64,000 bases of DNA from Adineta vaga (Eukaryota > Animalia > Rotifera), in assembly GCA_021613535.1 (NCBI GenBank), contig CP075496.1, positions 1,054,001 to 1,118,000 on the forward strand. Reading direction: 5' to 3'. The notes under the pieces were generated by a model, which saw nothing but the letters and a program-made list of their open reading frames with translations, was not told the DNA's origin and searched no databases. Below, one piece after another: positions 48,601-60,600 of the stretch. A program made the position numbers and the translations under genes. How positions within the stretch are numbered: the stretch's first letter is position 1; each line of letters opens with the position of its first letter.

Positions 48601-51600
48601 TTTCTAATGCTCGACGTAAAAAAAGAGCGTGAATCATAATTCTTGTTCAGTTTTTCGGTTCTCACTATGTGGTTTATCTAAAAATTCTCTACCTGTTTCA
48701 GTTTTCTTTCTGTTTTATCAGTTTCCTTTTCTAAATAGAGACTTTTCAGTGTACGACCATTTTTACTGAACACCTACTTGATGTATAATGTTTTTTTTAT
48801 TATCTATTAGAAATAAAACTTACGAATGTTTCTTACGTTCCACCTTCAAACACGTCGCATAAAGCTGATGACGAAAAAGCAATGATGATCTATATCAATA
48901 CCAACAGTCTTGAATCATTGTATCTTAGCTTTATTGATGGATGAAGGAGAAATCTCATCTAATACTCGTTCTCCGACTCTCGTAAATGGTGCTAATCCTT
49001 TCCCGACTCTCGTCTATGCTTATGCCAGTACCATATAATGTTTAGTAGCTCTTGCTATCGAACGAAAGAACATTCAATTGGTTACAGGTGCCACCTATCG
49101 TATGTTTTTTCTCTTGTCCTATCTTATCCTCTCTCTCTCTCCACCTCAACATAGTTATTACTCTCATTTACCTCGACTATGTTTATGTAGTGATATCATC
49201 TCTTGTTCTATTAAATCTTTTCTTCCTTCATATATGTAATTTTACTCTTTGTGCTCTCGTCAGTGTGCGTTTGCGCGCGTATTTTCCATATGTATGAAAA
49301 ATGAAGATACAGATACATTCCAAAAGGAATAAACCTCTATTACAGTTAATTTTGTGTGTGGTTGAAACCTCATCCAATGGTCTTTCTCTTAATTACAGTA
49401 GTGTTAATCCCATCGACCTTTCCTCAAGTGAATACAAGTGTGGTTTAATGATGCTTTTACTGAACTCAATGCATCACGAAATAGTCATAGTATATATCAC
49501 ATGGTTCTTCCATATCCTCAATGAATTATTCTCATCTTCGAACTCGACTGAGATATTGAGGAGGCAAAACTGTATACAAAATTTCAAGACAATTGGACGA
49601 ACCTTTCAGTAACTATCACGTAGAACGACAGTCCAAAAGACACACTGACCAATTTGCAATACATAATAATTTATCCATCACAAGTACTTAAACACAAGAT
49701 TAGATATATCTAATCCAATCCTCCATTCTCATTGATATCGGCACAGCACACGCTACTATCATCGACACCACCTACTGAAATATATACTACATACACCATC
49801 TGGCGACCGGTTTAATCTTTAGTGAAGTCGAGAATTCTTCTTTCAGTTTTCTGTTCTAAAACGTATAAAAACTATTAAAATAGCGGTTTTACCTACGATA
49901 TTTCTTCATTCTTTCTACCCTATACATGTGTCTTTGCTTCTTGCACAGTCATGCTTCACAATTCCTCCAGATATGAATATCCCAACGTTGAACGATATGC
50001 GTTGATTTGTGTACGAGAAAGCGATAACGCTTTCTTTCTATCGTTAAACGGATACTGGCAAGTGAATTCGCTACTTTACTATATCGTATGTAACAACTGA
50101 AACATGCTAGATACGAACGAGAGCATAAAAGAAAACTAATTTTTCCCATCACAAAATCATCATCTATCTTTATAATTCTCTTTTTAAACTAAAACTGAAG
50201 TACACAAAACTAACATAATCCGCACTGAAAGCTTAGTTTTATTAGAAGGACGTCACATCCCACATAAACGTCAACGGCTTCGAAACTATTACTATTGACA
50301 AAGAAATCCTTCGCACAGATGCGAGAGACTTTCCATAGTACTTTACCAAACCTGACTAGGCAAAAATCCAAAATCGTTTCCATTCCCATTCCACATGAAA
50401 TTCCAAACATTAGAACCACCATGGTCAAGTCTAAATTAATCATCACTGAAAACTTGGATAAAATAGCCATCCAATCAATCAAACTACTACGTGTTCTATA
50501 CTAAAACCCGTTATCACAATATACTAACGTGATACTACATACGATTGCGGAATAGACAACAAATCATTAGCCCAAACGTCTCACAAGTTTCACAGCATGA
50601 AACAAACATCCTTCGCAAGAATATCAAGAACTTTGAATAGGACTCACCCATGCTTCCTTCAACACATGCTTTAATGTCGACGACAACACCTTTGGGTGAT
50701 TTACCATTGGTTGTTCGAATTAAAGTGATGTTCACGCGCGAAATATCACCCGCAGATGGTATCTTGTTTGAATCAACTGTTGCTGGTTTGCTCTTGTCAT
50801 CTATTGGGCTAACACTTGATTCGATCGGCTTCTCATTGATCTTCTTTCCATCCTGAGAATAGAATGTCACTTCAAATTGTTCCACATTACCATTTGGTGT
50901 TTTGTCACGTGGTAGAGTGACTGATTGCACTTCAGCTGGTTTCTCGAACTTGACAATGATTGATGGATTCTTCTGATCAGGAGGGAATGAGACGCCTGTT
51001 GGTGATGTTGGTTGAAAGTCAACATTCGTGCCTTTTGGAAGCTCACCGGATGGGACTGTGATCTTCTTGCTCACTGCTTCATCGATGGCTTGCATTTCTT
51101 GACATTGTCTAGCCGTTATTCCTGTAGTTACTGATTGACCAGGTTGTGTTGGTTGACCCGAAACTGTTGGTGGTGGTGTTTGGCCAGGTAGAGTGGTCTG
51201 ACCGGGTTGAGTTGACTGCCCTGGTGGTGTTGGCTGACCTGGAACTGTTGGTTTCGATGTTGACGCTATATCACTGGTCACGCCAACAGTTGTACCAGAC
51301 GACACCGGTGTTGTCACGGCGTTTGTTGTGCTTTGAATATTACTTCTAGTTGTCTCTTCCTCGATTTGGGCTTTTGTACCCAATGGTTTAGGATCCGCAC
51401 AACCGATGATACTCATTCGAACATTCGTTGGTGCTTTCCCATCACTTGTCTTAGAAATACCCACTGTTAATGGAATCACATCTTCCATATACGGAGAATA
51501 GTTAATCGCTGGACTCAATGGATTGTCACTGAATCGAGCTTCGTCATCGAAATCAGTCAATGCACTGATCTTTATGACCTTCGATTCTAGTGGATTCGTT

Positions 51601-54600
51601 ATTGACACATTTTGGACAATCACTTCCTACAATTATACACAACTTGAAAACGGGACGAGTTCATATTGAATAGCCTACCTTGACAAAGGTAATATCAATT
51701 GTTCCTGGCAGCTTAGCAAGCGAGATAGGAGCAGCTAGTGCATCTTTTGCGACTGTTTTGCCATTGAATTTAAGAGTGGCGAATAGTTGTGGTCCAAGGT
51801 TGGTAAGTTCAATAAGTTTTTCACAAACTAAAGAAGAAAACGTGTCGTGAATGAAGAAGAAGTTTTTATGGAAGGAAGACTGACCTTTTGTAGGAGTTTT
51901 TGGAGTTGTTTTGACCGAATGTGTGGTGAGTGAGGTAGATGGTAGAGCTAGATGGAAAAGATGAAAGTTAATTGAGGAAAATGATTTTGATTATCGTTGA
52001 GAGATAGTATGTTCACAAGGTGTTGCATGTGTTGTGATATGTGAGTACATTACAGTGATCGAATTGAAGGCCGGTTTAATTATAGCGGAAATTTAGTCAT
52101 AAATCAAAATAATGGTTATTTCCTGTTTTATACTCAGTGTAGAAGAAATTTGGGAGAGAATTATCGCGAATCGTACGAATTGTTATTATGTGAAACAATA
52201 GAACAGTGTTCTACTCGTTCTCAAAATTACAGGTGATCTTTTTTATGTCTGTTTGTTTCACAGCTGGAAAATAACACAATAACTTATTACTGACGAAATA
52301 CATTATTAACAGTGAATTGCAACTAAACTCTTTAAAACTTATTCGTTCGCGGATCTTTTAGTATATAAACTGCATAGATATGGAAGATTCTGTAAAAACC
52401 ATTGATCTGAAGTCCTTTACTTAATTGAATTTCTTTGGAACTGAGTGTTCTCAGGCTGATTCATTCGAAAATGTTAGAGAAATATTTAGAAAAGCTCCGC
52501 TATATCATTAGACAGAAACATTACAGACTAAAGCACCGCATGTTATTCTTTTGAATATTGGCTTCAAACGTTTTTTCTCGTGCGCCTTGAAGAAGCGTTT
52601 CAATTAGGTTCACTAACTGAGAAACCGTTGTTCGGCTTAACTGGAAAACATTTATCAAGTGTGAGAAGTGTCTATTACAGAGTTACATTCATCTCAACTC
52701 GCAAAATGAGTTGATTTTAGGGGCTCATCTCTCTTCTACGTCGCAGCACAGCTTTATCCAATGATACATAAAGCATTGTACTATGTTCGAAATAGACACA
52801 AAAACATTTTTGGTCGTACGTGGAGATAAAAATACAAATTACATCTGTATCGAAACTAATCTTATCGCTTTCTAGAAATAACAATTCCTCAGTTTAGCTA
52901 TGAGCTCTTATACTTGTGGTGGTCGAACTGATCTCAAGGTAAACTTACTTGTTGTTGTCTGGCCGGATTGAGTGGTTTGACCTGGGACTGTTGCTTGGCC
53001 AGGTTGAGTAGTTTGACCTGAAACTGTGGGTGGTGGTGTTTGGCCGGGTTGAGTGGTTTGACCTGGGACTGTTGCTTGGCCAGGTTGAGTAGTTTGACCT
53101 GAAACTGTGGGTGGTGGTGTTTGGCCGGGTTGAGTGGTTTGACCTGAAACTGTTGGCAGTGTTGTTAGACCAGGTTGAGTGCTTTGACCGGGTTGAGTTG
53201 ACTGGCCTGGAACTGTGGGTGGTGGTGTTTGGCCGGGTTGAGTGGTTTGACCTGGGACTGTTGCTTGGCCAGGTTGAGTAGTTTGACCTGAAACTGTGGG
53301 TGGTGGTGTTTGGCCGGGTTGAGTGGTTTGACCTGAAACTGTTGGCAGTGTTGTTTGACCAGGTTGAGTTGACTGACCTGGTGGTGTTGGCTGACCTGGA
53401 ACTGTGGGTGGTGGTGTTTGACCAGGTTGAGTTGACTGACCTGGAACTGTGGGTGGTGGTGTTTGACCCGGTTGAGTGCTTTGACCGGGTTGAGTTGACT
53501 GGCCTGGAACTGTGGCTGGTGGTGTTTGGCCGGGTTGAGTGGTTTGACCTGGGACTGTTGCTTGGCCAGGTTGAGTAGTTTGACCTGAAACTGTGGGTGG
53601 TGGTGTTTGACCAGGTTGAGTTGACTGACCTGGTGGTGTTGGCTGACCTGGAACTGTGGGTGGTGGTGTTTGACCAGGTTGAGTTGACTGACCTGGTGGT
53701 GTTGGCTGACCTGGAACTGTGGGTGGTGGTGTTTGACCAGGTTGAGTGCTTTGACCGGGTAGAGTTGACTGACCTGGTGGTGTTGGCTGACCTGGAACTG
53801 TGGGTGGTGGTGTTTGACCAGGTTGAGTTGACTGACCTGGTGGTGTTGGCTGACCTGGAACTGTGGGTGGTGGTGTTTGACCAGGTTGAGTGCTTTGACC
53901 GGGTAGAGTTGACTGACCTGGTGGTGTTGACTGACCTGGTGGTGTTGACTGACCTGGAACTGTGGGTGGTGGTGTTTGACCAGGTTGAGTGCTTTGACCG
54001 GGTAGAGTTGACTGACCTGGAGGTGTTGGCTGACCTCGAACTGTGGGTGGTGGTGTTTGACCAGGTTGAGTTGACTGGCCTGGTGGTGTTGGCTGACCTG
54101 GAACTGTGGGTGGTGGTGTTTGACCAGGTTGAGTGCTTTGACCGGGTAGAGTTGACTGACCTGGTGGTGTTGGCTGACCTGGAACTGTGGGTGGTGGTGT
54201 TTGACCAGGTTGAGTTGACTGACCTGGTGGTGTTGGCTGACCTGGAACTGTGGGTGGTGGTGTTTGACCAGGTTGAGTGCTTTGACCGGGTAGAGTTGAC
54301 TGACCTGGTGGTGTTGACTGACCTGGTGGTGTTGACTGACCTGGAACTGTGGGTGGTGGTGTTTGACCAGGTTGAGTGCTTTGACCGGGTAGAGTTGACT
54401 GACCTGGAGGTGTTGGCTGACCTCGAACTGTGGGTGGTGGTGTTTGACCAGGTTGAGTTGACTGGCCTGGTGGTGTTGGCTGACCTGGAACTGTGGGTGG
54501 TGGTGTTTGACCAGGTTGAGTGCTTTGACCGGGTAGAGTTGACTGACCTGGTGGTGTTGGCTGACCTGGAACAGTGGGTGGTGGTGTTTGACCAGGTTGA

Positions 54601-57600
54601 GTGGTTTGACCGGGTAGAGTTGACTGACCTGGAACTGTGGGTGGTGGTGTTTGACCCGGTTGAGTGCTTTGACCAGGTTGAGTTGACTGGCCTGGTGGTG
54701 TTGGCTGACCTGGAACAGTGGGTGGTGGTGTTTGACCAGGTTGAGTTGACTGACCTGGTGGTGTTGGCTGACCTGGAACTGTGGGTGGTGGTGTTTGACC
54801 AGGTTGAGTTGACTGACCTGGAACTGTGGGTGGTGGTGTTTGACCCGGTTGAGTGCTTTGACCGGGTTGAGTTGACTGGCCTGGAACTGTGGCTGGTGGT
54901 GTTTGGCCGGGTTGAGTGGTTTGACCTGGGACTGTTGCTTGGCCAGGTTGAGTAGTTTGACCTGAAACTGTGGGTGGTGGTGTTTGACCAGGTTGAGTTG
55001 ACTGACCTGGTGGTGTTGGCTGACCTGGAACTGTGGGTGGTGGTGTTTGACCAGGTTGAGTTGACTGACCTGGTGGTGTTGGCTGACCTGGAACTGTGGG
55101 TGGTGGTGTTTGACCAGGTTGAGTGCTTTGACCGGGTAGAGTTGACTGACCTGGAGGTGTTGGCTGACCTCGAACTGTGGGTGGTGGTGTTTGACCAGGT
55201 TGAGTTGACTGGCCTGGTGGTGTTGGCTGACCTGGAACTGTGGGTGGTGGTGTTTGACCAGGTTGAGTGGTTTGACCGGGTAGAGTTGACTGACCTGGAA
55301 CTGTGGGAACTGTGGTTTGACCAGGTTGAGTGGTTTGACCAGGTTGAGTTGACTGGCCTGGTGGTGTTGGCTGACCTGGAACAGTGGGTGGTGGTGTTTG
55401 ACCAGGTTGAGTTGACTGACCTGGTGGTGTTGGCTGACCTGGAACTGTGGGTGGTGGTGTTTGACCAGGTTGAGTTGACTGACCTGGAACTGTGGGCTGT
55501 GGTGTTTGACCCGGTTGAGTGCTTTGACCGGGTTGAGTTGACTGGCCTGGAACAGTGGTGGTGGTGTTTGGCCTGGTTGAGTGGTTTGACCTGGGACTGT
55601 TGCTTGGCCAGGTTGAGTAGTTTGACCTGAAACTGTGGGTGGTGGTGTTTGACCAGGTTGAGTTGACTGACCTGGTGGTGTTGGCTGACCTGGAACTGTG
55701 GGTGGTGGTGTTTGACCAGGTTGAGTTGACTGACCTGGTGGTGTTGGTTGACCTGGAACAGTTGGTGGTGGTGTTTGGCCTGGTTGAGTGGTTTGACCTT
55801 GTTGAGTTGACTGGCCTGGTGGTGTTGGTTGACCTGGAACAGTTGGTGGTGGTGTTTGACCAGGTTGAGTTGACTGGCCTGGTGGTGTTGGCTGACCTGG
55901 AACTGTGGGTGGTGGTGTTTGACCAGGTTGAGTGCTTTGACCGGGTAGAGTTGACTGACCTGGTGGTGTTGGCTGACCTGGAACAGTGGGTGGTGGTGTT
56001 TGACCAGGTTGAGTGGTTTGACCGGGTAGAGTTGACTGACCTGGAACTGTGGGTGGTGGTGTTTGACCCGGTTGAGTGCTTTGACCAGGTTGAGTTGACT
56101 GGCCTGGTGGTGTTGGCTGACCTGGAACAGTGGGTGGTGGTGTTTGACCAGGTTGAGTTGACTGACCTGGTGGTGTTGGCTGACCTGGAACTGTGGGTGG
56201 TGGTGTTTGACCAGGTTGAGTTGACTGACCTGGAACTGTGGCTGTATGTGCCGTGGTGGTGTTTGACCCTGGTTGAGTGGTTTGACCTTGAGTTGACTGG
56301 CCTGGAACTGTGGCTGGTGGTGTTTGGCCGGGTTGAGTGGTTTGACCTGGGACTGTTGCTTGGCCAGGTTGAGTAGTTTGACCTGAAACTGTGGGTGGTG
56401 GTGTTTGACCAGGTTGAGTTGACTGACCTGGTGGAGTTGGCTGACCTGGAACTGTGGGTGGTGGTGTTTGGCCAGGTTGAGTTTGACCGAGGTTGTGTTG
56501 GTTGACCTGGAACAGTGGGTGGTGGTGTTTGACCAGGTTGAGTGCTTTGACCGGGTAGAGTTGACTGACCTGGTGGTGTTGGCTGACCTGGAACTGTGGT
56601 GGTGGTGTTTGGCCTGCTTTGACCGGGTTGAGTTGACTGGCCTGGAACTGTGGCTGGTGGTGTTTGGCCAGGTTGAGTGGTTTGACCAGGTTGTGTTGGT
56701 TGACCTGGAACAGTTGGTGGTGGTGTTTGGCCTGGTTGAGTGTTTGACCAGGTTGAGTTGACTGGCCTGGAACTGTGGCTGGTGGTGTTTGGCCGGGTTG
56801 AGTGGTTTGACCTGGTACTGTTGCCTGGCCTGGTTGAGTGGGTTGACCTGAAAGAGTGGGTGGTGGTGTTTGACCGGGTTGAGTTGACTGACCTGGTGGT
56901 GTTGGCTGACCTGGAACTGTGGGTGGTGGTGTTTGACCAGGTTGAGTTGACTGACCTGGTGGTGTTGGCTGACCTGGAACTGTGGGTGGTGGTGTTTGAC
57001 CAGGTTGAGTGCTTTGACCGGGTTGTGTTGACTGGCCTGGTGGTGTTGGTTGACCTGGAACAGTTGGTGGTGGTGTTTGGCCAGGTTGAGTGGTTTGACC
57101 AGGTTGTGTTGGTTGACCTGGAACAGTGGGTGGTGGTGTTTGACCAGGTTGAGTGCTTTGACCGGGTAGAGTTGACTGACCTGGTGGTGTTGACTGACCT
57201 GGTGGTGTTGACTGACCTGGAACTGTTGCTTGACCAGGTTGAGTGGTTTGGCCAGGTTGAGTGGTTTGACCGGGTTGTGTTGGTTGACCTGGAACAGTTG
57301 GTGGTGGTGTTTGGCCAGGTTGAGTGGTTTGACCAGGTTGTGTTGGTTGACCTGGAACAGTTGGTGGTGGTGTTTGGCCAGGTTGAGTGGTTTGACCAGG
57401 TTGTGTAGGTTGACCTGGAACAGTTGGTGGTGGTGTTTGACCTGGTTGAGTGGTTTGACCTGGAACTGTTGGTTTCGATGTTGACGCTATATCACTGGTC
57501 ACGCCAACAGTGCTACCAGACGACACCGGTGTTGTCACGGCGTTTGTTGTGCTTTGAATATTACTTCTAGTTGTGTCTTCCTGGATTTGGGCTTTTGTAC

Positions 57601-60600
57601 CCAATGGTTTAGGATCCGCACAACCGATGATACTCATTCGAACATTCGTTGGTGCTTTGCCATCACTTGTCTTAGAAATACCCACTGTTAATGGAATCAC
57701 ATCTTCCATATACGGAGAATAGTTAATAGCTGGACTCAATGGATTGTCACTGAATCGAGCTTCGTCATCGAAATCAGTCAATGCACTGATCTTTATGACT
57801 TTCGATTCTAGTGGATTCGTTATCGACACATTTTGGACAATCACTTCCTACAATTATACACAACTTGAAAACGTGACGAGTTCATATTGAATAGCCTACC
57901 TTGACAAAGGTAATATCAATTGTTCCTGGCAGGTTAGCAAGTGAAAAAGGAGCAGCTAGTGCATCTTTTGCGACTGGTTTGCCATTGAATTTAAGAGTGG
58001 CGAATAGTTGTGGTCCAAGGTTGGTAAGTTCAATAAGTTTTTCACAAACTAAAGAAGAAAACGTGTCGTGAATGAAGAAGAAGTTTTTATGGAAGGAAGA
58101 CTGACCTTTTGTAGGAGTTTTTGGAGTTGTTTTGACCGAATGTGTGGTGAGTGAGGTAGATGGTAGAGCTAGATGGAAAAGATGAAAGTTAGTTGAGAGA
58201 GAACTGTACTATGTCGTTCAGAGATAGTATGTTCACAAGATATTGCATGTGTTGTGATGTGTGAGCAAATTAAAGTGATCAAATTGAACACCGATGTAAT
58301 TAGAGCGGGAAATTAGTCATAAATCAAAATAATGGTGAGTTCCTTATTTATATTCAATATGAAAGAGAATTGGATCTGAACTAGAGCAAGGATTCAAAAG
58401 TATGCTAGTGAGAAATTGTATAATAATGGTCTGTTCGATTACAATCGAATAGGATTGCATATAAATACTCTTCCTATTTATTCATGTAGATTGACACTCA
58501 GATTGCTTATGTTGATAGCCTTGTTCGGCCATTTTGAAGCAGAAAAATCGTGGAATTGTAAAAGACGAATCGATGAACTTATGGACTTACTTGTTGTTGA
58601 TTGACCTGTAACTGTTGATGTTGTTGTTCCTGCGCTAACAGTTGTAGTATTCACACTACCTGGTGTTATGTCTAAATAAATATTTAATGAAGTATATTCA
58701 CTAATAATTGGATTTTTCGGAAAAATAAATACCAGATTCTGTCTGAGCTTTGGTGTTGAGTACGGATGGTTTACCGCAACCACGAATGGAAAATTTAATT
58801 GATTTTGGATACTGAATATTTCCGTTCGCAGCTTTCAATGTGAAAGTAACACCATAATTGAATTCCAAGTCACTTTCATAATTAACTTGAAAACCTTGGT
58901 CAAGGGTACGAGTATCATCAGTATTATCAGTTTTCACAGTTACTTGAGCTATCTGAGCATCTTTCAGATTAATAAGACCAGCTGATCTAATCGTTGCCTT
59001 GAAAATAAAGAGAACGACAGAATAAATTTGATAGCTATAGAGAATCAATAGAAACATATATAAAACTTACCTCTTTAGTCGTTTGAAATTGAACTTTCAT
59101 CGTTGGTTTTGTCATATCGAATGATCTTGGAAATGGTGCTGAAAGAGATTTGCCATCAACCACGACTTTTGAGAGATACATTTCATCCGTATCTACCATT
59201 TCCACTGGTGTTAAACAAGCTAAGAAGACAAAAAAATAATGAGAAGAATATTCAAATTAATTACTATACGAATATTTACCGTTCGATTGTGTTACAGGTG
59301 GAATTGTAGTAGAAACAGATGTAGTTGTTTTAGAAGTTTCAGTAGCTAAAAGAAATTTAATGCAAATTCTTGTTTCTAAACCTAAATGGTTACTACCGGA
59401 TAAAGTTGTAGGTGCGGCAGTTGATGTAAGTAACATTATACTTACTAAAAAGATTTCAAAAAAATAATTCATTGTATTGTAAACGAAAAATCTTTTCTCT
59501 ACCTGGGCTATAACAACCAGTTACTTCTAATCGCACAGCTGAGGGCGGTAGTCCATTTGTCGTTTTTAATATTTTAACAATAACTTCTTTAATACCACAT
59601 CGCATTTGAGCTTCTGTTACTGATGGACTATTATCTGCTGATCGTAAAGTAAATGTACTTCCATTGACTGCTTTCACGTCAGTTCCATCGACTGTTTTAT
59701 AACTGACTTCGATTTGTGCAACGTTCGATGTTGGACGTTCACCAGCAGTGATTTGAGCAGACACATCCGATACACAAATATGACTTGTAAAACGTGCATT
59801 AATCGTATAATCTTTCGATTGTCGTAAATTTTCACCTTTCATATTTTTATAAGCATTAGTGAAATCAGTTTTGGCTGCTGGTGAAGAATATCTTTCCATA
59901 TATTCACGAACTAAAATATTTTTCTTGTCACACCAACCTAAACATAGTTTATGAGAAGAAAATGAAATCTTTGATTTTTCTAAGAAAATTCGTACTTGAT
60001 TCAGCAATGGTAGTACCAACACGATTTGAACTTGTTGTTGTTTCCTGATCTAAAATTTCGAATTGGATATTATCAAACGAAAAGAAAGAATTACCAGCTT
60101 CGACTTGTGCTTTAGTACCGATTGCAGTTTTTCCTGTAAAACAACCATGAATTTCTAATTTCAAATCTTTTGGTGGTAGTTTATCTATTGTATTTGTGAT
60201 AACAATTGATAAGTTTGGTACATATTCTAATGTTGATGGAAAGGTAACTTCATTCAATGCTGGTGCTGTACTTGATACAGCATCATCTAATGCATCTGAA
60301 TTCACTTTTAATCCTGTAATTTTTGCTTGATCACCATTGATTAAACGAACTCGTTCCAAATCGACCTGAATATTGAATTGAATATTATTCTATTACAAAC
60401 AAAAATCAATGACTTACATCTTTACTGAAACTAATATCAATTTGATAAGGTAATCTATCAATGACGAGTGGTGAAGGTACATCAGCAAGAGATATTCTTT
60501 TATTTTGAATTGTAACACTTGAAAAAAGTTCTTTACTTAATTTAGTTAATTCAGTTAAATTAGTACAACCTAAAACAAACAAAAAATATACAAACAATGA

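Noticed and set aside
48866-48877. CTGATGACGAAA resembling a hammerhead ribozyme core
   Set aside because: No stem II between CUGAUGA and GAAA, and no supporting flanking helices.
45233-50504. Short ORFs (60-103 aa) within the large intron
   Set aside because: No recognisable motifs, mostly non-ATG starts, and no consistent splice structure.
53165-55560. His-rich (VKHHHPQFQVSQ)n segment of the 1559-aa ORF
   Set aside because: Arises from frameshifts within the QTPPPTVPG array, most likely sequence error.
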